This document shows positions 62,829-64,000 of a stretch of DNA of 64,000 nucleotides, in pieces. The notes under the pieces were generated by a model that saw only the letters and a list, made by a program, of their open reading frames with translations, was not told the DNA's origin and did not search any database. Source of the DNA: Lama guanicoe (taxonomy: Eukaryota); contig MU054391.1 of NCBI GenBank assembly GCA_013239625.1, positions 4,049,824 to 4,113,823 on the forward strand, read 5' to 3'. The translations under genes were made by a program, and so were the position numbers. How positions within the stretch are numbered: position 1 is the stretch's first letter; each line of letters opens with the position of its first letter.

Positions 62829-62974
62829 TTTTTTTTTAACATTTTTTACTAAGTTATAGTCATTTTACAATGTTGTGTCAATTTCCAGTGTAGAGCACAC
62901 TTTTTCAGTTATACATGAACATACATATGTTCATTGTCACATTTTTTTTCGCTGTGAGCTACCGCAAGATCTTG
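62829..62974 (-). mobile_element. Young, heavily 5'-truncated L1 3' end (camelid-type)
   Basis: T-tract then agttatagtcattttacaatgttgtgtcaatttccagtgtagagcac...tgtgagctaccgcaagatcttg; ccatttt on both flanks is a probable TSD. Confidence 0.82.
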
Positions 62975-63445
62975 CACACCATTTTATTAAAATTCCCATG
63001 CCCATGTCCGGTGTGGTATGTATTTCAGAATGCAAATGTTTTCTTGGCACTTTCTAAGAAATCTGGAAAGATCCAAATGAACATAAGAACTGGTGGGTGA
63101 TAAGTGTGTCACAACCAGAATTATAGATTTTAGAGCTGGGAGGAAACAGAGTTGCCTATTTTTAAAATATAAATTCCAACTGTTCAGAGCCCTGTAGTTT
63201 CCAGGATTTAATTAATGCTCTTTGAGGGCCCATTAATGAGGTGTAGAGACTTCTGGGTTGGCCTTTCCTGGCGCTCTAATAACGTATAATACATATTAAA
63301 GCCTATTTTGGAAAGTTATTTCTCCCAACTTCTGCAAAAGTACGGCTTCAAGCAAAGGAGATTGTCATCCAGCCTGGACGATTCTGTGGAGGGCTCCTCC
63401 TAACAACAGTCCCCAAACATAGGTGAGGTTGCGCCCCTTCATCCT

Positions 63446-63892
63446 TGTACCAGTTTACTAGGGCTGCTGTGACAAGGCACCTCCGGCTGGTTGGCGGCAA
63501 TAATGGAAGTCCGCCTTCTCACGGCTCTGGAGACCAGAAATCAGAGATGAAGGGGATTCTTCCGAGGCTGTGAGGAAGAGCGTGTTCCAGTCCTGTCTCC
63601 TAGCTTTGATGCTTTGCTGACAGCCTCTGGCTTCCTTGGCATACAGAAGCATCTCCCAGTCTCCGCCGTCAGCTTCACCTGGCCTTCTCCATCTGTGCTT
63701 GTCCGGGTCCAAATCCCCCTGTTCGTAAGGACACCAGTTATCCTGGATTAACAGTCCACCAGACTCTGGTATGACCTCGTCTTAACTAATTACATCTGCA
63801 CAGCCTTATTCCTAAATAAGGTCAAATTCTGAGGTACTGGGAGTAGGATGTCAACATATGAATTTGGAAGAAACATAATTCAATCCATAACA
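63446..63892 (-). mobile_element. ERVL-MaLR solo LTR (MLT1B/C-like), full length
   Basis: TG...CA ends; tagggctgctgtgaca...taaggacaccagt...atgacctcgtcttaactaattacatctgca...aattcaatccataaca. Confidence 0.92.
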
Positions 63893-64000
63893 ATTCCAGT
63901 ACAGACAAGCCAGTCTCCTCTGGCTCCCAGCCCCTTGCCAGCTCAGTCTCTCTACCCAGACCGCCCTTTCCAGTCTTCCCTCCCCGCTTTCTCCCTGTCC

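Noticed and set aside
1..64000. Prokaryotic operon, defence system or phage
   Set aside because: Mammalian repeat content throughout and no gene-dense coding structure

Overview
This is mammalian genomic DNA, not microbial, and most likely camelid (alpaca, llama or camel). The taxon call rests on two short tRNA-Ala(AGC)-derived SINEs of the vic-1 type with target-site duplications (TSDs) and a young L1 3' end resembling camelid L1. I find no recognisable protein-coding gene: the long ORFs are explained by GC-rich DNA, microsatellites or repeats. The window reads as intergenic or deep intronic. It holds many ancient repeats (MIR, L2, L1M, CR1/L3, MLT1, LTR16/33-like, hAT MERs), two younger ERV1-type solo LTRs, two CpG-rich patches (~6.7-7.1 kb and ~22.4-23.2 kb) and several repeat-free, motif-dense blocks that look like enhancers. 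I did not find a new biological system that I can support. The best leads are: (i) a triplicated E-box/CCAAT module inside an old ERVL-type LTR; (ii) an orphan CpG island with three tandem GCM-type sites and a candidate spliced exon; (iii) a 5'-inverted (twin-primed) L1; (iv) an internally deleted L1 that keeps both ends; (v) a speculative phase-consistent minus-strand exon chain at 0.8-7.6 kb. Repeat family names come from recalled consensus similarity, not a database search, and boundaries of old repeats are approximate.
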